A stretch of 64,000 nucleotides of DNA from Takakia lepidozioides (lineage: Eukaryota > Plantae > Bryophyta), in the NCBI GenBank assembly GCA_030704615.1, contig CM060731.1:21638001-21702000 (forward strand), written 5' to 3'. The notes under the pieces were generated by a model, which worked only from the letters and a program-made list of their open reading frames with translations, was not told the DNA's origin and made no database searches. The translations under genes and the position numbers were made by a program. Below are positions 38,601 to 49,346 of this stretch, one piece after another. Numbering within the stretch: position 1 is the stretch's first letter; the number at the start of each line of letters is the position of its first letter.

Positions 38601-41600
38601 TCCATTTTGATCCCATCCTGTGTAATCACATGCCCCAAGAACTCCACTTTTGTGACCCCGAATTCGCACTTTGAAGCTTTGGCATACAGCTTCCCTCCCG
38701 CAATTTTTGGAACACCCTTTTGAGGTGCTCCAGGTGCTCCTCCTTTGTTTTCGAGTACACCAAGATGTCGTCGATGTACACGATCACAAAGTCATCCAAC
38801 CACTCCTGGAAAAGGCTGTTCATCAGCGTGCTAAATGTCGCTGGTGCATTGGTGAGCCCAAAAGGCATCACCAAGAACTCATATGAACCATACCTTGTCC
38901 TGCACGCGGTCTTCTCCTCATCTCCTTCTGCCACCCGAATTTGGTGATAGCCGGAGCGCAAGTCGATCCGGCTGAAATACTTCGCTCCTGCCAACCGATC
39001 GAAGAGGTCGTCGATCCTTGGCAAAGGGTACCGGTTTTTGATAGTCACCTTATTCAAAGCCCTGTAATCGACACACATCCGCAGCGTCCCATCCTTCTTG
39101 TCTGCGAATAGCACCGGGGCTCCGTAAGGTGACTTACTCGGCCGGATGTACCCCTTTGACATTAGATCCTTGAGCTGAGTCTTCAGCTCGACCAACTCTC
39201 TGTGGCTCAACCGGTAGGGCGCCTTGGCAGGCGGTTCCGATCCCGGTATCACCTCAATCTTGTGGTCAACTCCTCTTCGCGGTGGCAAGCCGCTTGGTAA
39301 ATCCTCCGGCATCACATCCTGGTATTTCTCCAAAATCCCTTGATCCAATCTGGGCTCGGCTCCCCATCGCCTTCTCCTTTCACTTCTCTAATGTAAAGCA
39401 AAAACTGGGACTCGTGTGCCTCCTCCACGGCCCACTCCTTTGCTGACAGAAGGTTTATTCGCCCTCCCACGGATTTGGGCGTTTCCGACACTCGTAAAAC
39501 TTCACCACCATTCCCACATGGCAGCGTGACTACTCTCTTGCGGCCATCTATGACCGCTCCGGATTTGCTCAAAAAGGTCATCCCCAAAATGAGATCCACT
39601 CCATCGATCTCGCAGATAGTGAAGTTCTCACGTCCCTCCCAACTCCCCAGTTGAAGAGGAACATCAAACGCCAACCTTGTCGCCAACTGAGGTTCTCCTT
39701 TGGCAGAGCGCACCTCAATAGAGGCCCCCACGTCACTTGTCGGGAGTCCCAACTTTCGCGCCGCCGCCGGCGTCATGAAGGAGTGCGACGCTCCTGTGTC
39801 CACCAACAACGACACGTTAGTTCCGGATATTATCCCATCCACGAACAATAACTGACTCCCTTTACGCAGGGCGCCAGTTTCCTGATACAACTCACAAGAA
39901 TAGTTGCCTACCTTGCAAGTCCTGGCGACTACCGCTTCCACCAAACGACTGATGGTATCTTCCGACAGCTCCGTGGTCGCCCGAGTCATGTTCAATTGCC
40001 GGGGCTTCGTGCACTTCTTGGCCATGTGCCCGGGCTCCCCGCAATTGAAACACACTCCATCAAAGGTCGCCTTCTGTCCGCCATAAGCCGCTCCACCCGC
40101 TTTTCCTTTCGAAACACCGGGTGCCGCCTTGACGTGTGAAGGCCCTCCCTTCGATTTCCACGTGCCATTTTCGCCGCGTGGCCTATCCCACTTCTTTTCC
40201 GGTCGGGAGGAGTCACCTTCCCGCCGGGTCTTCTTGTGGTTCAGCTCCGTACGGCCTTGTCTCTCACCCCTAGGGACATCCGAGAAACATTCAGCTCTCT
40301 CAATTGCCTCGTTCAAAGTCTTGGGTGGCTTCTCCTCCAACTTCCGCCTAGCCCATGGGGCCAGTCCCGCCACAAAGTTGAAGACCATTTCTGGTTCTGC
40401 CATGTCCGCGACTTCGAGCAACAGCACATTGAAAGCCTGGACATACCCCCGAATGTCATCTGTTTGCTTCAAATTCCTCATCTTGTCCCGGGCAAGCCAG
40501 GATGCGTTGAGGGGCACAAACTGTCTCTTCATCAATTCCTTGAACTCACTCCAGTTCAAGGTTTCCGGGCTTGGGCCTCGGTCGTGAAGGCGTTTCTGCC
40601 ACCATTGTTGAGCATAGCCCCTCAAATAGGTGGGAGCCACTTCCACCCGATCCTCGTCACTCAACTTGGCCGCCCGGAAGTACTGCTCTAGCTCCAGGAG
40701 CCAGGTGTTGAGTGCCTTCCGGTTTCGAACGCCCTCAAAGGTGCCGGGTTCCTTAGGCTTCACCTTAAACTTTGCCTTAGTGGAAGTGGCATTAGCCGCC
40801 TTCAACACGTCTTTCAACGCCCCGCCAAACTGCGCCAACAACCCTTCCCAAAAGGCTGCTGGCATGGGAGGCATCTCTTGGTTTGTCGGAGCTCTCGAGG
40901 ATTCCTCGGGCTCCGATTCCTCGGATTCCTCCCGCTCTTGAGCGGCCTCGTTTTCGGAAACATTCATCGCTTCCTCAAACGGCCGCCTCGGTGACACGTC
41001 GCCCCCATCGGGCTCACCGGGATCATCATCTTTTGGGCCGTTCCGCTTTCGCTTCGGCTTGCCCGACCCCATGATGAGGCCGATCCCAAGGACGATCGCG
41101 TACTGAACTCTAAGCTCTGATACCAAATGTCGCGCACCTCACTTCGGTAAACTCCCCTTCAAGTCATAGTTAACCGCTTTGATGCGCGCGCCTGACTCCC
41201 AACCTGGCCGCCGGGCCAACTTGGAGTTTCGGCTACTCACCGGGACATAACGGTCCCCGTTCGCTTCCTCTAAAACCCTCCACCTATTTGGGACTAGGAG
41301 AATTCCCTTTGGTAGATGGCAGTCCGGAACAGCTCCCCACTCTTTGGTCGCTTTCCGGCTCGCACGATTACTCACTAGTTTTTGGTCACCAACGGGCTTG
41401 CACCGTTCTCGGGGTTACTACTCCCTATATATACTTCTGTAGCTGTCCGCGGGGGTTTCATAACCAGCCATGCCATTTTATGGCGAACCACCACGAAAAC
41501 CCTCGACTCCCGGTGGTGAGTCGCGGTGAGTCTTGGCCCACTCACCGCGGCCCCAATGGACCGTGATGAGTCCCAAGACTCCCCACGACTCCCACCTCGA

Positions 41601-41933
41601 GGTCTCCACCCCATGGTGAGTCCTATGCCACCCCCACTAAGTCCCACTAAGCTACCACCACCCCTTGTGGAGCCACCTCCACCGCAACCCGGTGTGCGGG
41701 GCTCCACCTAGTGAGCGCCTCCGCCTCCTTGAGTGCCTTGGGCACTCAAGGGTGCTTCAGCCCCCCATACCTATCGCCGCCGCTGCCCCCACCACAGGGG
41801 CAGCCCCTCATGTGTCCCGACCCCCTGCCCTCAAGGCAAAGGGCCGCGACACACACAGACTGATCGGATTCATATTCGAAATGATGACGATCCCGAAGAT
41901 AAGCAGGTCGACAACGACTTTTCATGTGAGTAA
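29657..41933 (+). CDS. Transposon accessory gene: ParB/Srx-like domain plus beta-class N6A/N4C DNA methyltransferase-like domain, disrupted in this copy. Exons 29657-29953, 30397-31025, 31120-31308, 31393-31830, 31915-32141, 33087-33738, 33852-34190, 34386-34671, 34767-34883 and (after the Gypsy) 41857-41933
   Basis: All introns are GT-AG with matching phases. ParB-like: [16 protein letters not shown]...ITKLESDF...[13 protein letters not shown]...VEAMVL. MTase-like: [11 protein letters not shown] (motif IV), [35 protein letters not shown]...VVDLSVST(G)[19 protein letters not shown] (motifs X-I-II). Lesions: frameshift near 31220, T|GA stop at the exon 8/9 junction, and a Gypsy insertion in the last exon. 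Confidence 0.82.
30035..30353. repeat. Four degenerate copies of the 22-bp palindrome in intron 1 of the ParB-MTase gene
   Basis: GAGCGTCGTTAACGCCATTC (about 30036), TGAATGTCGTTGCCGCCAATCA (30131), TGATTGTCGTTAACGCCGTTCG (30206) and TGATTGTCGTTACCGCCATTCA (30332). Confidence 0.75.
32222..32945. repeat. Array of seven 22-bp palindromes TGAATG(T/G)CGT-TG-ACG(A/C)CATTCA in intron 5 of the ParB-MTase gene
   Basis: Copies start at 32222, 32343, 32454 (degenerate centre), 32549, 32657, 32818 and 32924; start-to-start spacing is 95-161 bp. Confidence 0.93.
34884..41851 (-). mobile_element. Full-length Ty3/Gypsy chromovirus LTR retrotransposon; LTRs 34884-35605 and 41128-41851
   Basis: TG...CA LTRs, 5-bp TSD CACAC (34879-34883 and 41852-41856), PBS TGGTATCAGAGC (tRNA-Met) beside the 5-prime LTR, purine-rich tract beside the 3-prime LTR, and a gag-pol region. 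Confidence 0.97.
36512..41074 (-). CDS. Gag-Pol polyprotein (gag, CCHC knuckle, aspartic protease, RT, RNase H, integrase, chromodomain), split by two single-base frameshifts near 39340 and 38693
   Basis: [14 protein letters not shown]; LVDTGASH; YIDDILVYS; [12 protein letters not shown]; [10 protein letters not shown]...CTTCQ; SMDF, VSDRD and DGQTERVN; chromodomain [11 protein letters not shown]...YLVKWKGY...SW. Confidence 0.95.
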
Positions 41934-44084
41934 GTGCTAAACCCTCTTTGGGAGTCATACTCAATTTCTCGATAACATCAAAGTTACAGTAATAACTTTT
42001 TCAGGCTGTCTTTCAGGAAAGCCAGCGGTGGATCTTCAGGAGATACAGTCATTTCTGGCGAGTCTGTTTTCGACAGCCCCCTTTCCAATTTTCTGCTCCC
42101 TGTTTATGCCGAAGCAATGGCACTTCACGCGTCCGAGTCCCTATCCCCTGACTTTTTAGTGGCCAGCCGTAGGTGTATCCAGCGTGGATCCGGTGTTCTA
42201 AAATACTTAGACTTAGATGCAGAGGAAGAGGGGATACATTGTACTGACTCTGAGTCAGACTGAACTGTATTTTTTTAATATTCATTTTCATATTATCTGG
42301 AAAACGTTGAATCCCCTTACTCTACCGTAGTTGTTCCTTTAGAACAAATAATAATCACAGAATCAACTTTCGTTTAAATTGCTATATGTATGAATCCATC
42401 TCACAAACCTTCCTGACTCTTCTCATATCCATTGTGCATTCATCTACACTGTATTCATGCGTGCTCCATTCATGAAAGCTTCCTTTGTACAACATCCATT
42501 GTACATTCATCCTCTGTACTCTTTAATCCACCCCACAAACCTTCCACACTCATTTCATATACTTTGTGCATTCGTCAAAAGATTTGGTCATGCATCTTCC
42601 TATCATGAATTTTTGTCATTGCTCAACATCCATTATACATTCATCCATTTTACTCTTATCCATCCGTCATTCATCCATCTACATAGATTTTTCAAACTCA
42701 TCCATCTGTTTATCATCCAACTGTACATTCATCCATCATTTATTCAATGCCTTTTATTATGTCGTCCAGCTTGTTTCCGCGGTAAAGGGTGCCAATCCGC
42801 GGGAATACACTCCACTTCTTTCTGGGTGCGTGGTGACTCGGCCTCCACGTGTGATGACGTGGACTGAGCCTTGTGACGTGGCATTTGCGCAAGGTGACGT
42901 GGCGTGAGCGCAGTCGCGCTCACGCGCTCACGCGCACGTGACCAGGCTCACGCCGAGGCATCCCTGGAGATCTAATATCTACATTTACTCACAATGTGAA
43001 TCTGTGTCCTTAGTTAATGTTGTTATACATGCTGAAACAAACGATCTCGAAAAGACTGACATGCAGACCTATGTGATCTTCTTCTGAAGTCCACAGGAGT
43101 TCTTGAATCTTCACTTGATTTCGGTCGTTTTTCTTGCATTATATAACTTACGATCGATAGACTTAACGTGACGTTTGTTAGGTTGCTCGTAGATTTTGAT
43201 GACGTTGGATCACAAATGTATGCTTTGGTGATGAACTACAGTGGATTGCTTGGAGGCAGGCTGTTCTCTACACAAGCAACAATGACCCCCCTCACTTTGG
43301 AAAGAAGAGTACCTGTAGACCTCATATGAATCAGAGCAATTGTAAATGCCGATCCTAGTAGGTTTTCTTCAATGGCCGCCCACGAACGAGTTCACCCAAC
43401 ATACATGTATATTGCATCACTGATGTCAAAACCTGTAAAATCCAACAGCTTGAGGATTGCGGAATAGAGTTTCGAAAAAAAAATATGTTGTTCATGAGAC
43501 TTCAAAATGTACAATATGTGTTGGATCCTTTAAGAGCAGCCCCCCATACCAAGAACCGATCACGAATTTTAAGCAAAACTTCTTGACACTCTACATGAGA
43601 TCGCTGGAGGACCAGGTCGAAAGTAGGTAGGTCGGTAGCGGCTTGCAAACTGCCCTCTACTGCTACGTCAGATAGTTCCACGGCTCGGTATATACGGAGC
43701 CCCTACTATTAACAGTAGCAACGCTCCTCGCAACCACTATCTAGTCCATAACCGCCAGGAAGGTCTTGTTCTGAAGACTCTTGGGAAAGATCTCGTTTTG
43801 GTTGACTTTCTCATGTCCAAAATGTTTCCACCGGGATGAAGCTTCCTCCGTATATGGAACAACCATGAAAGCAAGATCAATATGTTTGAAGGTCGAGGAA
43901 GACCTCTTTGTGGTCATGAAGACTGCGACCTAGTCCATAACCGCAACCTTCTCACCAGCTTCCACAAGTTAGCTAACACTAATTACTTAGCACATATCCA
44001 TCAACACCATGTCTCCCAAAGCCAACTAATAGATGCCAGACACAACCACATCCCCCTCCCTACCCCAAATATCCATGTACAGAC

Positions 44085-44660
44085 TGTTAAGGACGAGAAC
44101 ATGACTGAATACAAACAAGAGATCAGATTAGAGGTACAAGACTAACAAGAAGTCAAGGTCGGCGTGGACGAATGCATGGTGGGTAAACATGAATCAAGAT
44201 GATCTTTATAACAATGGACAAGAGTATAAGATACTGGAACTCGACTTGAATACTGGGATACTGGAAACTGGAGTAGAGTACTGGAACTGGAAACAATAAT
44301 AGCTTGAACTTATGTTGGTGAGACTGAAGAGTGTCTAATCTCGCCTCTCATATATACTGGCTACTATGAAGTTCCCTAAAAAGCTTCCCCAATGGAGGTT
44401 TCTTGATGGAGAAGTTTTCTTAAACAAAGGAGGTATCTTGATGGAGAAGTTTCCTCCAAGGAAGCTTCATGAGTAGTTTTCCAAGTTACTCTCGGTAATT
44501 TGGTAAACTCCCGATAACTTGGTAATTTATGATAACTTATGGAAAATCATGATAAATCATGGTAACTTCTGGTAACATGATAATTTGATAACTTTTGGTA
44601 TTTACTCCTGGCAAGTTCTTCTGGGCTATGTCCGTGATATCACTCGCTCCTCTAACGCCG
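44085..44660 (-). mobile_element. Degenerate LTR with adjacent polypurine tract, from an older LTR element
   Basis: Ends TGTTAAGGAC and GTCCGTGATA are imperfect inverted repeats; internal TATATA; followed by TCACTCGCTCCTCT, which is purine-rich on the minus strand. Confidence 0.45.
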
Positions 44661-46471
44661 AGTTCCTCAAAGAGCGGTAAAATCTTGGACTTGCTTAGAG
44701 TTGGAGAAAATCCAAAATCCGACGAATGGTACTTCAAATAATTTATAGGTCCTTGCAACCATCGGTTGTGTCCAACATCTTGAACGTGGGACCACGCAGT
44801 GATTTGAGCATTCTGATTTTCAAAGCTGCCTTCAAACATGATTTCGTTGTCATTTAGGTCCGAAGCCTCAACCTCCAACAAAATTATCAGACTTCGAGTA
44901 GGCTCCACTTGCCGTCGTACGGGGTCCAGACGAGGAAGTACGCGTCGCATTAGTGGCCCGTCGTCTCGAGAGCGTCGGCGTGATGTTGAAGGTCGTGAGA
45001 GTCGGAACGGCTGATCTGGTAGTTGGATAAATGACAACTCCAATGTATCTGGTTTCTGTGACTCCATGCTGCCAATACAAGATGCAATAGTGCTAGAAGT
45101 GTAGCTATATATATTGATGTGTGGTGTTTCTCCCTCGTGTGGATTTTTTCTATGTTATAAGTGTTTGCGTTTGTAATTTGTAACCAACAGTTAGTACTAA
45201 CTCATTGACGTATTTACGAAAACAATAGTACAGAAATAAGTAATGCGAATATATAATTACCCTCTGTATAAATGGTTATGGTTTTTTTAGAGGAGAGATA
45301 TTCTAGTGTAAATATTAATTATTTAGTACCAACAACAAATTAATTTCAATTAACCAATTTTTTATTTTTTTATTTTTAATAACTTTATGTATATGCTCAA
45401 AAATAGAGATACTGATTTATTTAGATTTTACTAGTACCCATTAATTTAGGTGAGTCAAGAATATATAATTAATTAGATCATTCTGAGGAAAAGATCAGCC
45501 CAACAAACAATATTACTATAACCAAAATAAAAGAAGAGAATCAAAACTAACTATAGAAAAGCAACAGTGTGGTTGGCTATTGGGATTTGAAACCCCAACC
45601 TCGAATGTGCGAGCGAAATCTCTAACTGATAAGTCCCTCAAGTTATATTCAAAGCCAATTTGCCTATCTAAGTACTCATAGGGCTATTACAAAGGTTCTG
45701 AACATATGAGCAAAACTAATAAATTGCGGCCCGCAGGAGTTGAACCCCCAACCCCAAAAGTGTAAACGACTAGACTAACCATCAAACTAACCTAGAGATG
45801 TTGTTATAAGAGGGTTTAATGACTGGGTCATTCCCACGGTGTTACATGCAAAGATCCCGTGTTTTGTTTTTTTCTGGAAGAAAAATGGCGGAGCTGCATT
45901 TCAACATTCAATTTTCACAAGCCGCATCAATCAATAACAACATACCCAAATACCCTTACATTCATTGTATGAACTTTCAAGCATCCACCATGGGATTGGA
46001 TCTTGGTGGGTTAAGGCTAGCTTTTGACAATATTCATGCAAGTTCATCAAGGGCTCCATCCAAAGCCACACCACGAGAAACAAACAAACATGTCCAAATT
46101 TAAGATGTTGAACAAACTTGTGCACAGGGCTGCCCCTCTCATCAAGCTCATTAAAATTTGTATTCACTTCCATCTTGAAGCTTTGGAGAAACTCCACCAC
46201 CAAACCTAGAATTAGGACAGCACTCTGATTTCCATCCACTGTCACCAGAATCAATCAAAAATCACCCCTTCAGTCAAGTGCAATTATGGGCTGACTTCCC
46301 ACCTATGCCGGGTAGACCCCACTATCATTTCCTGTGGATTTATGGCACAAGAAATGCACTCAACAGTACATCATGGTCAATACTTTCGGGAAATGGTGGA
46401 TGGTGTGAGTAACTAAGTCACAGATCAATGAATGAAGCAAGACACTCGCATCTTTCCAAGAAGACATCCTT

Positions 46472-48135
46472 TCACCAGTAATCACCACAAGAACAAATCC
46501 CATCTTCAAAGTGGTGAGAGCGGTTAGCGTCCCGTACAACAATTGCTCGGCCAACAATCTTTGAGATGAATTTGGTGGAGGTGTGGCAGTCACCACACAC
46601 TCGAAGATTCTTGATGAGACGGAGAGGCGTCCTAGGGGTCATGCCGATCAGCCCAAACCCAATGGCCAGCTTCTCACTGTGGTGACAAAGAGAAAATTCT
46701 TTTTCCTCCTCCCCACATCATGCAATACAAAGCGCATGTCAGACACATACCCGTCTCCTTCATCTTCCCAGACAATCTTCTCAGCTCAGCATGGATTTCC
46801 TTAATTATGGGATGCAACTTGTCAGCTACAACGAAGGTGTGCACCCTGTTGCAAATCTCAATGCAGCAGCGACCTGGCTCCTTTTCAACCCCTATGACCT
46901 TCATCATTCTTCTTACCTTTACGGGATCAACCCACCTGCCAGCTGTAACATAGATGTTTAATAGCAACATAAGTCACGACATCCTGTTCATTCCACTTGA
47001 GGATAGATGTTGCCGCACATTGAGCCATCTCTACATTGTCATGGATTCTGTAGGTACTAAACAAGGCCTTCCACACCACAACATCTGGATTGATTGGCAT
47101 TTTATTAATCATGTCCATTGCCTCATCCAGTTGTCCCGCACGTCCAAGAAGGTCCACCATGCAGCCAAAGTGTTATACTGTCGGAGTGACACCATGATCT
47201 TGAATCAGGGAATCGAAGTAGCGTCTACCTTCATTCAGAAAGCCAGTGTGGTTGCATGCAGAGAGAACACATACTGCTTCAAGCCGTTCTTTTGCATTCC
47301 TTCAAATAGTTGCAAGACCTCCCTATGACAACCATGCTGTGCATATCCTGCGACCATTGCATTCCACGACACCAGATCTCATTAAGCCATATTGTCGAAC
47401 ACTCCTTTTGCATTCTCCATGCACCCACATTTGACATACATATCCACCAGGGTAGAGTTCAGGATCACATCTGGTACAATTCCAGCTCTGACGATGTCGC
47501 CATGCACCTCTTCGCCCTTTTCCAGGGCTGCCAGGCTTGAACACGCACTGCAAACGCACACAAACGTGATGTGGTTGGGCTTCACCCCGTCGCACATCAT
47601 TTGCTCATAGGTTTCCAAAGCCTCCATCCCACGTCCCTGCTGTGCATACCCTGCAAACACCGCACTCCACGACACCACACCTCATTCAGCCAAAGTGTCG
47701 AACACTCCCTTTGCATCCTAGATGCACCCACATTTTGCAAACATGTCCACCAGGGTATTGTTCAGAATGACAGCTAGTACAATTCCAGCTCTGAAGATGT
47801 CACCATGGACCTCTTTACCCCTTTCCAGAGCTGCCAGGCTTGCACACGCATTGCAAACGCACCCAACGTGATGTGGTCGGGCTTCACCCATTCTCCCATC
47901 ATTTGTTCATAAGTCTCCAAAGCCTCCATACCACGTTCTTGCTGTGCATACCCTGCAAGCATCGCGTCCAATGGCACCAAATCTCGTTCAGCCATAGTGT
48001 TGAAAACTCCCTTTGCATCCTTAATGCACCCACATTTGGCATGCATGTCCACCAGAGCAGTTTGCAGAATGACATCCGGTACAATTCCAGCTTTGACGAT
48101 GTCACCATGGACCTCTTTCCCCTTTTCCAGAGCTC
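46472..48135 (-). pseudogene. PLS-class PPR protein with E/E+/DYW domains (organellar RNA-editing factor type), 5-prime truncated and disrupted
   Basis: Repeated LVDMYVKCG.MENAKGVFD and VSWSAVFAGYAQQG motifs; MVDLLGRAGQLDEA; KEPG. The minus strand reads [11 protein letters not shown]...[10 protein letters not shown]...CSCGDYW and a stop at 46472. Multiple stops and frameshifts. Confidence 0.93.
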
Positions 48136-49346
48136 CCCGGATCCGTGACAGTCAAATTGTTGGTGCGCTTGTCCTCTGGTCCATAGCAACACTGATACCT
48201 GGATAGGGTCGTATGTCATTGACACCCATGGAGTTCTGCAAGCATGTAAGACAGCCTAAACCCTATCTACATATGATGCATGTACATGTCCGGCAAGCAC
48301 AAGCACATGGCATGAACAAAGAGGCAGTGCGGGAATATGGTGCAGACATGACAGAGGTTAGATATGTGTTAGCTCTTGGAGCTCTTCGCGGTCCGGGCTT
48401 CGCGTTAACATGCACATTTATGTAAAATTGGGTGGAACACCCGTCTCTACTCTCCTCTCCAAGTACAAAGTCGGGCACTCTGGCTGCCAGGGAATACAGG
48501 CCGTGCGGACCCGCACTTGAGAGCCCATATATCCAGAGCGACTCTCGTTCTTCCAGTAAATGTCTTTGCAAGAAAATGGCCCATCTTTTGGTGTTTGAAG
48601 ACATTGTCGTAGTGGACATATAAGAAAGCTTTCTGGTTGGGCATTGACGGCCGCTGCCATATACACTGCAGTACCCCTTCGCGCACTCGAAAGCACCTGC
48701 AATACGACCTGGAAAAGTGGAAGCGAAGGATGACATCACGCACGTTCTTGGCAGGACGGAAGCGCGTTGGCAGGAACAGACCAGAGGGAGGGAAAGATCG
48801 ATGAAACAGTCTTCGCCCACAATTGGCGGCGGCTGCCATGCCCTAAATCCGGGCGGCTACGATAGCAGTGCGGCCTCACAGTGAGATGGACGGCACATCA
48901 TCTGGTGCGTTTGGGTCTGCCGGATCGGGCTGCATGGCGGCAGACCCAGCAGACCCAGCAGACCCAGCAGCGGGCAGACCCCAGCCCGGGCAGACCCACT
49001 GGGGACCCGATGGCGGGCGGACCCAGCGGCGAGGGCGGGCGGGCTGGGCGGCTGCAGGGCTGCCGACCGCGCTGCGCGGCTGGCAGGTGGGGGTGGGCGG
49101 GGCAGGGGAGGGCGACTCCGCGCCCTGTCCCACACGTGCGACATAAACTCCCAATTATTCAAAAATGAGAGGCATTGCATAAATTGCACCCTATATTTTG
49201 TTTCACTTCGGTTGGAAATTTTTGGAAGTGACTTCCAGGGGGTTCTTGTGTCAAAATTGATCTAGACCTGAGTGTAGGCGCACCAGTGATCGGATCTTGA
49301 CAAAGCGCCTTGAACGACTTCAGATCATCTGATTCAAACGGATTCG

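Larger units (their letters stand above)
24355..42966. mobile_element. Large Mutator-like (MULE) DNA transposon with two divergent genes and a nested Gypsy element
   Basis: Perfect 9-bp TSD GAGATCTAA (24346-24354 and 42967-42975). Imperfect TIRs CAATGATGCAATGGCGTGAGC and (reverse complement) CAGGGATGCCTCGGCGTGAGC. Subterminal GCGTGAGC and TGACGTGGC repeats at both ends. Encodes a MULE transposase. Confidence 0.92.

Noticed and set aside
38626-39348. Programmed ribosomal frameshifting in gag-pol
   Set aside because: The breaks fall at the protease/RT boundary and inside RT, in G-runs, and resemble the homopolymer indels seen between the LTRs. Error or mutation is more likely.
36611-40941. Plus-strand ORFs inside the Gypsy element
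   Set aside because: Antisense shadows of gag-pol.
44537-45067. 176-aa ORF as a host gene
   Set aside because: No recognisable domain, and it runs into the degenerate LTR, so it is probably retroelement internal sequence.
48860-49140. GC-rich overlapping ORFs with CAGACCCAG repeats
   Set aside because: Low-complexity GC-rich tract, open in many frames; no TIR or TSD could be established.
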